64,000 bases of DNA from a virus: IMG/VR virus record IMGVR_UViG_3300006141_000001. The stretch is one strand, 5' to 3'. The position numbers and the translations under genes are program-made. Numbering within the stretch: the first letter of the stretch is position 1; every line of letters begins with the position of its first letter. Below are positions 8,664 to 17,950 of the stretch, in pieces. The notes below the pieces were generated by a model. The model did no database searches. It had not been told where the DNA came from and saw nothing but the letters and a program-made list of their open reading frames with translations.

Positions 8664-10517
8664 ATGAATTTTAACAGACAACAGGAAGAGATAATCAACT
8701 CTATTAATGGGAATATCGCCGTTATAGCATCGGCAGGTTCCGGGAAAACCACCGCCCTTACCAATAGGATAAAGAATATGGTAGAAAACCACGACTGCAC
8801 GCCATCCACAATCCTTGCCGTCACATTCAGCAAAAAAGCACGCGATGCAATTTCAGAAAAATTAGAAGGGTTAAATGTCTATGGTGTAAATGTCGAGACA
8901 TTCCACTCACTGGCATTGAAAATAATCGTGTCAGTGCATGGACAGAAATACAAAGTATGGAACCTCCAGTGGGAAAAGGAAAAATTTATACAGGAAATAT
9001 GCAAGTCAAAATGCAACTTATGCGGATCAGAAATTCCATTCAATGAGATCTGTTCCTTTATATCATTGCAGAAAGTAAATATGCTAAAGCCAACAGATGA
9101 GGCGATCCCGCAAAGTGATATGCCATTCCGTTTTGGAAAAATGAAAGAAATTTACTCTACATACGAAGATATGAAAAAAGATAAGGGATATATTGAGTTT
9201 GATGATTTCCTCAACATGGCAAATGACATTTTCGCCTCCCGGCCAGATATCCTTAACTCATACAAAAAATCTTTTAAGTACATTTTAGTGGATGAGTTCC
9301 AGGATGTTTCCTTATCCCAATATATGCTGCTAAAGAATCTTGGGACGGGAAATACCATGATTGTAGGAGACCCATTACAGGCAATCTATTCATTTAGGGG
9401 CGGCGATGACAAATATATCTTAAACTTTGACACGGAATATCCGGACACTAAAGTAATCAACTTAAACACTAACTACAGGTGCAGTTCCGATATTGTCAAT
9501 ACTGCAAATATGCTATCACACAGCGTATCGTATTCCAAACACAGGAATTATGTAGAAAGCATTGCGCATAATGGGAAAAATAAGATCCCGGAACTGAAGA
9601 GATTCCCAGACAATGAGCATGAAAGCACATGGATTGCAGAAAAAATCAAAAATTTAATTGGCGAAGGATATAAATATGAGGATATTTCCATCCTTTCAAG
9701 GACAAATGCCCAACTGCAGGCAACAGAGAATGTGTTCCATAAAGAGAAAATCCCATTTGAAGTTGTCAATGGGCGGCTTTTCACAGAGCTTCCTGAAATA
9801 AAACTCATCATATCTTACTTGAAACTTGCCATAGATCAGGATGACGATTCTTCATTTCGGTATCTGTACAACAAGCCAAACAGATGGTTGGACAAGAAAT
9901 TCTTGAAGGAAGTGGAGGACAACAGCTCTTACCGTAAAAATTCCTTGTATGAGTCAATGCTCACAATCCGTAGGAGGAACTGGAGGTTTAAAAACGGGAT
10001 CGATGAAATTGTGGAAGTGGTTAAATATTTAAAGAAAAAGAAAGATTCTCCTGTATCCGATTTAGTCCATTACCTCCGGGAAAGGTTGGAAATCGACTAT
10101 TTTGTATCAAAAGGAAAACAATCTGATGATGGAAGTTATATAGAACAGGTTGAGAACCTTGATACTTTCGAGGATATGTGCGAAAAATACGAGTCAATTG
10201 AAGACCTGATTTATTACTTAGATGATATGGACAAAGAGATCAGAAGCAATACGGGAGACAAAGTGAAGCTACTGACAATCCATAAGTCAAAAGGCATGGA
10301 GTATCCAGTCGTATTCATTATTGGATGTAGTGATGGGTTATTGCCACATTATAAAAGCAATAATGACGAAGATGAGAGGAGGCTGTTGTATGTCGCTATT
10401 ACAAGGGCTGAGAAGGAACTGTATATGTCATATGTTGACTTCTCCAATGGCAAGTCAATGGGGATAAGCCCGTTTATGAAAGATATTATGGAGACTGTAA
10501 ATTTTGTAAAAGAATAA
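8664..10517 (+). CDS. UvrD/PcrA-family SF1 DNA helicase
   Basis: ASAGSGKT, VDEFQD, VGDPLQAIYSFRG, NYRCS, TIHKSKGMEY, ERRLLYVAITRA. Confidence 0.95.
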   Translation: MNFNRQQEEIINSINGNIAVIASAGSGKTTALTNRIKNMVENHDCTPSTILAVTFSKKARDAISEKLEGLNVYGVNVETFHSLALKIIVSVHGQKYKVWNLQWEKEKFIQEICKSKCNLCGSEIPFNEICSFISLQKVNMLKPTDEAIPQSDMPFRFGKMKEIYSTYEDMKKDKGYIEFDDFLNMANDIFASRPDILNSYKKSFKYILVDEFQDVSLSQYMLLKNLGTGNTMIVGDPLQAIYSFRGGDDKYILNFDTEYPDTKVINLNTNYRCSSDIVNTANMLSHSVSYSKHRNYVESIAHNGKNKIPELKRFPDNEHESTWIAEKIKNLIGEGYKYEDISILSRTNAQLQATENVFHKEKIPFEVVNGRLFTELPEIKLIISYLKLAIDQDDDSSFRYLYNKPNRWLDKKFLKEVEDNSSYRKNSLYESMLTIRRRNWRFKNGIDEIVEVVKYLKKKKDSPVSDLVHYLRERLEIDYFVSKGKQSDDGSYIEQVENLDTFEDMCEKYESIEDLIYYLDDMDKEIRSNTGDKVKLLTIHKSKGMEYPVVFIIGCSDGLLPHYKSNNDEDERRLLYVAITRAEKELYMSYVDFSNGKSMGISPFMKDIMETVNFVKE

Positions 10518-10532
10518 TGGGGCTATCATTAT

Positions 10533-11288
10533 ATGGGAATAAGGAAGGTAATTACAGATAATTATTCATTGTTTTTGGGTGATTGTATAGATGTAATGTC
10601 AATATTAGATGATAATTCCGTAGATATGATATTATGCGACTTACCATACGGGACAACAAAATGTCCTTGGGATATTATCATACCATTCCACAAACTATGG
10701 GGACAGTATAGGAGAATAGCAAAGGATAATGCTGCCATTCTCCTATTCGGGCAGGAACCATTTGCATCCTTATTGAGGACAAGCAATATTGACAATTACA
10801 AATATGACATCTATTGGGAGAAAGAACGCCTCACGAATATTAACCAAGTCAAAAGAAGGGTTGGCAAGACGGTCGAAACGATTTCTGTGTTTTATAAAAA
10901 GCAATGTACATACAATCCTCAGATGGTCAAATATGAAGGGAAACCCAGAAGCAATAAAGTAAAAAACGGAAAACTTGGAATGCTTACGGATGAGAAGGAA
11001 CATAAAGCTGTTGAGTACCATGACACAGGTTGGAGATATCCAACACAGGTATGGAAGTATAAAAGGGATTGCTTAAAATCTAATTTACATCCCACACAGA
11101 AGCCATTGGCATTGTGTGAAGATCTAATAAAAACTTTTAGCAATGAAGGCGATTTAGTGCTTGATAACTGTATGGGAAGCAATACTACAGGGTTGGCATG
11201 TGTGAATACCGGAAGGAAATTCATAGGGATTGAAAAAGAAGAGAAATTTTTTGATATCTCAGTAGATAGGATAAAGGGCAATATTTAA
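10533..11288 (+). CDS. Orphan N6-adenine/N4-cytosine DNA methyltransferase (beta class)
   Basis: DLPYG motif IV, HPTQKP, VLDNCMGSNTTG motif I. Confidence 0.92.
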   Translation: MGIRKVITDNYSLFLGDCIDVMSILDDNSVDMILCDLPYGTTKCPWDIIIPFHKLWGQYRRIAKDNAAILLFGQEPFASLLRTSNIDNYKYDIYWEKERLTNINQVKRRVGKTVETISVFYKKQCTYNPQMVKYEGKPRSNKVKNGKLGMLTDEKEHKAVEYHDTGWRYPTQVWKYKRDCLKSNLHPTQKPLALCEDLIKTFSNEGDLVLDNCMGSNTTGLACVNTGRKFIGIEKEEKFFDISVDRIKGNI

Positions 11289-11334
11289 TATTTAATTTTT
11301 AAAATAAGAGAAAAAAGATAGGAGACAAAAAGGA

Positions 11335-11487
11335 ATGAATAATAATGAAAAGAAAGAACCAATAAATGCAAAAAATAATGAGGGAAATTTTATTACACCA
11401 GAAAATTATCCATCTATACTGAGGTTATTAGCCGATGAATATGAGAAACGGCAATTATCAGAAAAAGAGAGTAAAGAACGTAATTAG
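11335..11487 (+). CDS. Hypothetical protein (50 aa)
   Basis: Open frame MNNNEKKEPIN... after GGAG/AGGA, filling the operon gap. Confidence 0.45.
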   Translation: MNNNEKKEPINAKNNEGNFITPENYPSILRLLADEYEKRQLSEKESKERN

Positions 11488-11507
11488 GAAAAAAAGAGAG
11501 GCTTACT

Positions 11508-12302
11508 ATGAGGAAAAAAGATATCCAAATTGAGAACATAAGCGGCGTTGACTGTTACGAAAAGGATGGGACAGTATACCTGAAATTGGAAACGGTAGCA
11601 AGGGGATTAGGATTTACAAGGATTGCAAAAAGCGGAAATGAGGTTGTTATGTGGAGTAGAGTTGAGGGGTATTTGGAAAATTTAGGCGTGCACACAAGTG
11701 CGCACGACGATTTCATCCCAGAAAACATCTTTTATCGTCTTGCGATGAAAGCAAAAAACGAGACAGCCGAGAAATTCCAGGCGAAGGTTGCCGATGAGAT
11801 CATACCGACTATCCGTAAGACGGGAGGGTATGTGAATGACGATGAAGTATTCATCAATACTTATCTTCCCTTTGCAGATGATGCAACAAGATTATTATTC
11901 AAAAGCACTTTATCCACTGTAAGAAAATTGAATGACGTTATTGAAAAACAGAAAAAAGATATTGTACATAAACAAAATGTAATTACCGGATTTACTGATG
12001 ACATAACCCTTGCAGAGAAGAGGCAGATCCTCAATCGGGTTGTCAGGTATAAGAATGCGAATTATAGGGATAGATGGGGTGTCCTCTACAGGGAATTTGA
12101 GAATAAGTTCCATATTAATCTCCAATATAGGTATGACGCATATAACAAAAGACACAAACCAAAATGTACGAGCAAACTAGATTATGTAGATAAAGTTATG
12201 GGCAAAGTTCCTGAATTATATGAGATTGCAGCAAAATTGTATGAGAACGATGTGAATGCATTGGTGAAAGAAATGTATGGGGTGGTAGGCAGTAACGGAT
12301 GA
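11508..12302 (+). CDS. BRO-N-like phage antirepressor
   Basis: ETVARGLGF, FIPENIFYRL, AEKFQAKVADEIIPTIRKTGGY. Confidence 0.82.
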   Translation: MRKKDIQIENISGVDCYEKDGTVYLKLETVARGLGFTRIAKSGNEVVMWSRVEGYLENLGVHTSAHDDFIPENIFYRLAMKAKNETAEKFQAKVADEIIPTIRKTGGYVNDDEVFINTYLPFADDATRLLFKSTLSTVRKLNDVIEKQKKDIVHKQNVITGFTDDITLAEKRQILNRVVRYKNANYRDRWGVLYREFENKFHINLQYRYDAYNKRHKPKCTSKLDYVDKVMGKVPELYEIAAKLYENDVNALVKEMYGVVGSNG

Positions 12303-12405
12303 TTGGTATTATCCAATCATCTGCTTATCCATATAAGCCACAATATAGACCAGTATAAGAAAATTGCGGGATATTAAATGAAATGAATAAATATAAGGAG
12401 GATTT

Positions 12406-13446
12406 ATGCAACAGATTGATATTAATGAATTAACACCACATCCACGCAACAACGAATTCTTCGATGACATGAGTGGAGAAAAGTGGAATGAATTTTTAGA
12501 ATCTATAAAATCAAGAGGAGTTATTGAACCAATAGTAATCACACCTGATAAAGTTATTGTATCTGGTCATCAACGGGTAAGGGCTTGTAAGGAACTTGGA
12601 ATTGACAGTGTTATGTGTGACGTGCATACATATAACAATGAAGATGAAATCCTGCAAGACCTATTGGAAACAAATATTCGGCAACGCGGGAGTATTGGTG
12701 GATCAGACAAAAAAATCAGCTTGAGGATTAAAGAATTGGAAAGGATTTATGGAATTGAGCATGGTGGAGACAGAACGCAACACGAAAAAAATTCGTCTTG
12801 CAAAACTCAAACCGATTTAGCTTCTTATATGAACATGGATGTCCGTACCCTCCAAAATTATAAACGCCTAGCAGATATGATACCAGAATTGGAAGAACTG
12901 GTTGACACTGGCATTGTAACTAAGACTACTGCGCTTGCGATGATAAAGAACTTATCTGAAGAAGAACAACTGAACCTAATTTCTTCATTAGACACGACAA
13001 AGAAAATTACAAAGAAAGAAATACAACGATACATTGACAAGATAAAAAGACTTGAAGAGGATAATGAAAAGATCATTTCCTTAGAGAATCAAATTTCAGA
13101 TTTAAAAGCAGAAAAGAGCATTCTTGAAAGGAAAGTCAGATTAACACAAGAAGACTCTGATAGATTTAATAAATTAAAATCTGATATTGAATTTCTAACA
13201 AAAAGGAAATCAGATATTGGAAGGCAAATTGATTCCGCAACTGAATTGGCTGGATTAACAGTAAAATTGCAAAAATTATTAGAAGATGAACTTGCCCCTA
13301 TAAAATTCAAAAGATGTATGGAACGGTTGGATTCCAGTGATGTATGCGTTTCAAATTTAGTAGAAATTATTGAAAATATTGACAATTGGTCTTCAGAAAT
13401 GAAAAAAATATTAGGCGACAAATACGAAGATATTATTGATATTTAA
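12406..13446 (+). CDS. ParB/Srx N-terminal domain protein with HTH and coiled coil
   Basis: LTPHPRN, SIKSRGVIEPIVI, VSGHQRVRA, TQTDLASYM. Confidence 0.85.
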   Translation: MQQIDINELTPHPRNNEFFDDMSGEKWNEFLESIKSRGVIEPIVITPDKVIVSGHQRVRACKELGIDSVMCDVHTYNNEDEILQDLLETNIRQRGSIGGSDKKISLRIKELERIYGIEHGGDRTQHEKNSSCKTQTDLASYMNMDVRTLQNYKRLADMIPELEELVDTGIVTKTTALAMIKNLSEEEQLNLISSLDTTKKITKKEIQRYIDKIKRLEEDNEKIISLENQISDLKAEKSILERKVRLTQEDSDRFNKLKSDIEFLTKRKSDIGRQIDSATELAGLTVKLQKLLEDELAPIKFKRCMERLDSSDVCVSNLVEIIENIDNWSSEMKKILGDKYEDIIDI

Positions 13447-13460
13447 AGGAGAAAATATAT

Positions 13461-14075
13461 ATGAAAAATTTAACAACAAAACCTATAAATGAAATGACAA
13501 AAAATGAGCGGGAATATATTAGAAATGAACTGAATGAGATTGATAAAGACAATATTAGAAAAGAACTTGAAGAAATACAAGAAGAACAGAAGAAAAACAA
13601 CGAAAGAATTGATGGACTTGAAGATGATGTTAAAAAAACAAAAGATGACGTTGAAAAATTACAAAAAAATACAAATGTACTTGGTTCACCTTTTCATTCC
13701 AAAAGGAAAAGGAACTTTAATAATCTATGCAAAAAAAGAGTATGGAAATTATTCAATAACGACAAAAACACATGTGAATATGTATTATTTTCTCCGTTTT
13801 TATTTAAGAAGATTTATAGTTCTGTTGCAATCAATTTTGATTTGGATACTTGGCATGATATTAGTATGGAAAACTACGAAGAAGAATATAGTATGTATTC
13901 ACAGGCAAAAGAGTTTGCTACATATTGGACTCCATCAGATTGGTATATTTCCCAATGCATTGATGGAATGATTATTAAACGGGATAGTGGAATCTTAAGT
14001 CCTGAAAGATGTCGTGCATTAACAGAATATTTGAAGATAACAAATGGCGGAGAAATAAATCCGTTCTCTAACTAA
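13461..14075 (+). CDS. Hypothetical protein with N-terminal coiled coil
   Basis: 204-aa ORF with AGGAG SD. Confidence 0.7.
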   Translation: MKNLTTKPINEMTKNEREYIRNELNEIDKDNIRKELEEIQEEQKKNNERIDGLEDDVKKTKDDVEKLQKNTNVLGSPFHSKRKRNFNNLCKKRVWKLFNNDKNTCEYVLFSPFLFKKIYSSVAINFDLDTWHDISMENYEEEYSMYSQAKEFATYWTPSDWYISQCIDGMIIKRDSGILSPERCRALTEYLKITNGGEINPFSN

Positions 14076-14400
14076 CTTAGCCAACAAAGCGATGATTGCA
14101 ACTGGCACTCGTTAACTCAGCACAAGAAAGAAGGCATCAAATGAGACACCTTCTTTCAAAAGAGCATGTACATGCACCCTCAGTAGGGGTTCCTACTGGC
14201 GACAAAACTTTAGTTCCCTTTAAACTGGCCACATATAAAGAATTTACGTTCCGTTATGTGTGGCACAATTTAAAACTTGATTAGATTTTTCGCAAACTTC
14301 GACACAATTTCTGTCATATGGTGCATTTCTCCTTCCGTACCTATATTTTTTAATAGTTGAGAATATGTTTACAAGTTCCTTTGGTACGCACCATATAACT

Positions 14401-14429
14401 ATTATAACAGCAATTGCCGCTTTCGTTAA
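14401..14429 (-). promoter_or_regulatory. Sigma-A promoter of a small counter-oriented unit
   Basis: TTAACG-17 nt-TATAAT with TG extension. Confidence 0.55.
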
Positions 14430-14561
14430 TAGATATTTAGAATTAATTTCAAGATTTAAGAATTAAAGAAACCATAAATAACGATTTTGTAAGGAGTCAT
14501 ATTATGGAAAATTATTTAAAAAAGAAAATATTAAATGTAAAAAGGAGAATTTTAGAAACAT

Positions 14562-14810
14562 ATGGATGGAACTTGCAACGTAGGAAATTATGAAGTAGAT
14601 TACACAAAATTCGGGGGCGTTATTTATCCTTCAGATTTTTATCCTGGATTTAATAGTGGTGATATCGCTAGAAGAATTATAAGTGACTGGAATTTTGACA
14701 AACAATGCAGAAAAAATATTGAAGAGCGTAAAAGAACAGATGTCTGGAGGTTTGAAAATGGACAGAAAAAAGAAGATAAAAAAGAAGGTAAAATTGAAAC
14801 TAATGGATGA
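14562..14810 (+). CDS. Hypothetical protein
   Basis: 82-aa ORF with AGGAG upstream. Confidence 0.55.
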   Translation: MDGTCNVGNYEVDYTKFGGVIYPSDFYPGFNSGDIARRIISDWNFDKQCRKNIEERKRTDVWRFENGQKKEDKKEGKIETNG

Positions 14811-15136
14811 AGGAAGATGCCTAAGTGTCAAGCTACCAGAAGAATGCGGAGGCCTTGGATATTCTGTCAGGTGCATTTACAGGTATGATGAAAAAGAGCA
14901 GAAAAATATTTTTATCCATGTGGTTATTGAAAGACGGTATTGACGATGAGTTTAGGATCAATTCACAGGAAATAGATACACAGTATTTTCATGGAGCGTC
15001 TATCTGTCCTGAACGGTATATAAAAAACATTATTGAACATGGAAGCATGAGCGGGTATTTTTCAGAATATATCGAAAGGCTTGAATATACATATAAGTGT
15101 TTTGACAAAGGCAATGAATTTTATTCTCAGATTTAG
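14758..15136 (+). pseudogene. Apparently frameshifted hypothetical gene
   Basis: Frame MDRKKK...YRYDEKEQK continues plausibly as IFLSMWLLKDGIDDEFRINSQ... only after a shift in the GAAAAATATTTTTA run near 14900. Confidence 0.5.
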
Positions 15137-15571
15137 GTGTACAAAATGACAAAGAACGATTATAAGTATTTTAATAAAGCCAGGCAGGTTGCTTTGGTAT
15201 CTGATTATAAGAACATACATGTTGGGTGTGTCGCCGTATATCAGAAAACCGTTATAGGGATTGGATGTAACTGCAATAAGACGCATCCTATCCAGAAACA
15301 TTATAATAGATACCGTGAAAAATCTGATCTGCTTCCAAAACTACATGCTGAGATAAGCTGTATAAATTCAATAAAGAATCTGTGTATTAATTTTTCGAAG
15401 GTAAGGCTATATATTTACCGAATAAGGAATGACACGCCATTTGGGATATCACGTCCTTGTCCATCATGTATGGCAGCAATCAGGGATTTGGGCATCAAAG
15501 ATATCTATTATACGACAAATGATGGATATGCCCATGAGACAGTTAAAAATATGGAAGGAGGTGTTGCGTAA
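15137..15571 (+). CDS. Cytidine/dCMP deaminase-like zinc-binding protein
   Basis: HVGCVAV, GIGCN, LHAEISC (HxE), SRPCPSCM (PCxxC). Confidence 0.85.
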   Translation: MYKMTKNDYKYFNKARQVALVSDYKNIHVGCVAVYQKTVIGIGCNCNKTHPIQKHYNRYREKSDLLPKLHAEISCINSIKNLCINFSKVRLYIYRIRNDTPFGISRPCPSCMAAIRDLGIKDIYYTTNDGYAHETVKNMEGGVA

Positions 15572-15807
15572 TTTGTAGCGTATGTAAGAAAAACCCATGC
15601 GATTCAAGGTGTCCTAATTATTCACCGAAAAAATATAGGCACTACTGCTCTTTTTGTGGCGATGGGATACATGAGGGCGAAGAATATATTGAAAACGGGA
15701 ACGGAGAATACCGTCACTATGAATGTTTTTATGGCTTGAGGGAACTTCTCGGATGGCTAGGATATGATGTTAAAACTATGGAGGATTTTGAGGATGAAGA
15801 TTATTGA
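15571..15807 (+). CDS. Small Cys-rich (Zn-finger) protein with ATT start
   Basis: AGGAGGTG SD, TAATT stop/start overlap, (M)CSVCKKNPCDSRCPNY...CSFCGDGI...HYEC, 78 aa. Confidence 0.75.
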   Translation: MCSVCKKNPCDSRCPNYSPKKYRHYCSFCGDGIHEGEEYIENGNGEYRHYECFYGLRELLGWLGYDVKTMEDFEDEDY

Positions 15808-16072
15808 AAAAATGAAGAGAATGCTTAAACGAAGAAAACCTAAAACTGAATACTGGATTAATATAAACCAGATACACGTCAATCCCGCGTGGAGACAGAC
15901 AAAGATTGGTTCAAAGAAGTTTAGGCGCAAGATGAAATACTGGTATCGCACTGGCGAATTTGAGTCAAAGATTATCCTGGACAAGGATTTCAATCTGATT
16001 GATGGATATAGTTCCGTGAGGATTGCGGAGATTAAGGGGATTATTAAGCTTCCAGTTTATTTTGTGGATTAG
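15794..16072 (+). CDS. Hypothetical protein, possibly degenerate ParB/Srx-like
   Basis: IILDKDFNLIDGYSSVRIA; overlaps the upstream stop. Confidence 0.65.
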   Translation: MKIIEKMKRMLKRRKPKTEYWININQIHVNPAWRQTKIGSKKFRRKMKYWYRTGEFESKIILDKDFNLIDGYSSVRIAEIKGIIKLPVYFVD

Positions 16073-16099
16073 GAAATTATACATAGAGGAGGTTACTGG

Positions 16100-17950
16100 A
16101 TGGATGTTTTTGAATATTTGCCGCAACTGATTGTTGCTTACGATGGCAACGATAAATTTGCGAATCTTATTCATGTGAGTAAATCAAATAAAGATAACGA
16201 CTACTACTGCCCTTGTTGTGGGGGAATTGTCAAACCAAGGGCATTGCATAGTAAAAAAGAGCAGTCTCATTATTACCATAAAACAGGGAAATGCAGCAAA
16301 GAAAGCCAGTTGCATTTTTTCTGTAAAAATTGGTTATTTGAAAAGGGAAGTAAATTTTGTATAAATGGGGATATATTCAAAGTTGATTCTATTGACATAG
16401 AAAAATCATGGCCTACCAAATTTGGAGACTATAAGCCGGATATCACTGTCTATACGACATCTGGTAAAATAATTTATTTTGAAATGTTTTTCTCTAACAG
16501 AAAAAATGGTGATGATTATTTTTGTAAGTGGGACGCACTTGGGAATGATGTTGTTGAGGTCAATATAAAAGAATATATGTTTAAAACGGATGAGGATGTT
16601 ATCCCATCATTCGCGTACTTATACCATGACAGTATCTGCTATTCCAAATCATATGTGAAGAAGGATTTGTACGCGAATACAATTGCCAGAATAAAAGATA
16701 ATTTAACCAGGCAGAAAATGCTTAACTATAAATCCCGAAATGAGCAGTTGGACTGGTTTTGGCAGAAAGTCAGGTTAAACGAAAGCAAGGACTCTATATT
16801 AGATTCGGTTAAATGCATGGATTATGAAGACATGGTGTCCTGCTATTCTATTATCAAAAGAAAGCAGTGTGTTTCGTATTTAAAGGACGAAATTTTAGAG
16901 ATTATAAACAAAAAGGTTGTGTCTGAAGTTAGAGAATCTTTAAACTTGCCATATGATGAAAATGTGTATTTTGACTTAATCCATATCCATGGGAGAACAT
17001 ATGAAGCTGGGATAAGGTTGGACATAAAGACAACGCATATTTCATACAATAAATTCCGCTATAAATGTCTATATTATGATAAGCGCAAGTATAGTTTTGA
17101 ACATACAACAATTGTTTTTAGCAAAAATGTGCATGACGCAAAAGAAGTAATAATATTAGGCGAACAGCTAAATGAATTTAATAATATATTCAGAAAGACG
17201 TTAAAATTTAAAGATATGCTTTTAAATTTTGAGGACAAATTATCTGAATTTGAGGGAGATAAATACAAGATAAGAATTAATAACGATTATTGCACTGTCC
17301 TATCAAAGACGCAGGACGGCAGATTTGAAGTGGTATTGGATAAATTTCAATTGAATAATTATGAGATAAATAGTTTGTCTGATGCTATCCAGAATGGAAT
17401 CCAGGAGAGAAAAAACGAAGAATTTTTAAAAACAATCTTATCTAATGAAAAATATCAGTCAGAGATAAGAAGCTTAAAAAATTATAAAGATTTTGAATAT
17501 CAGGTTTCTGTAACACATAAAAAAAGTACATGGAATCATGAAAAAGATGGCATTTATCTCAAACTTTATGTAAATAAAAATTGCGAATATAATGAAATGA
17601 TACAGCCAAATTTTTACGGTTTTATTGCGGGAATAAATAAATGTAAAGTTCTTCTGGATAATTTTGTAAAAGAATATGATATCTTAATCAAAATCGTAGG
17701 ACAAATAAATGCTTGTAAAAATGGTTTTTGGAAGGCAAAATTATCGTTTGATTTTTGGGGCAATCCTGAAATAAAAATTAATCAGACATATATTGAATCT
17801 ATATGGACGGAAAGTCATGTCTTATTACATGATTTTTATTCGCTAACCAAACAGGATATCATATCCAAATTAGAAAACGCAATGCATTCTGTATTAAAAA
17901 ATATGGAAAAGTACGGATGCTATATAATGGAGGTGAAAGATAATGGGTAA
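16100..17950 (+). CDS. Large protein with CoiA-like N-terminus (Zn ribbon plus PD-(D/E)xK nuclease-like)
   Basis: YYCPCCG...HYYH...C..ESQLH; KPDITV...IYFEM. Confidence 0.7.
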   Translation: MDVFEYLPQLIVAYDGNDKFANLIHVSKSNKDNDYYCPCCGGIVKPRALHSKKEQSHYYHKTGKCSKESQLHFFCKNWLFEKGSKFCINGDIFKVDSIDIEKSWPTKFGDYKPDITVYTTSGKIIYFEMFFSNRKNGDDYFCKWDALGNDVVEVNIKEYMFKTDEDVIPSFAYLYHDSICYSKSYVKKDLYANTIARIKDNLTRQKMLNYKSRNEQLDWFWQKVRLNESKDSILDSVKCMDYEDMVSCYSIIKRKQCVSYLKDEILEIINKKVVSEVRESLNLPYDENVYFDLIHIHGRTYEAGIRLDIKTTHISYNKFRYKCLYYDKRKYSFEHTTIVFSKNVHDAKEVIILGEQLNEFNNIFRKTLKFKDMLLNFEDKLSEFEGDKYKIRINNDYCTVLSKTQDGRFEVVLDKFQLNNYEINSLSDAIQNGIQERKNEEFLKTILSNEKYQSEIRSLKNYKDFEYQVSVTHKKSTWNHEKDGIYLKLYVNKNCEYNEMIQPNFYGFIAGINKCKVLLDNFVKEYDILIKIVGQINACKNGFWKAKLSFDFWGNPEIKINQTYIESIWTESHVLLHDFYSLTKQDIISKLENAMHSVLKNMEKYGCYIMEVKDNG

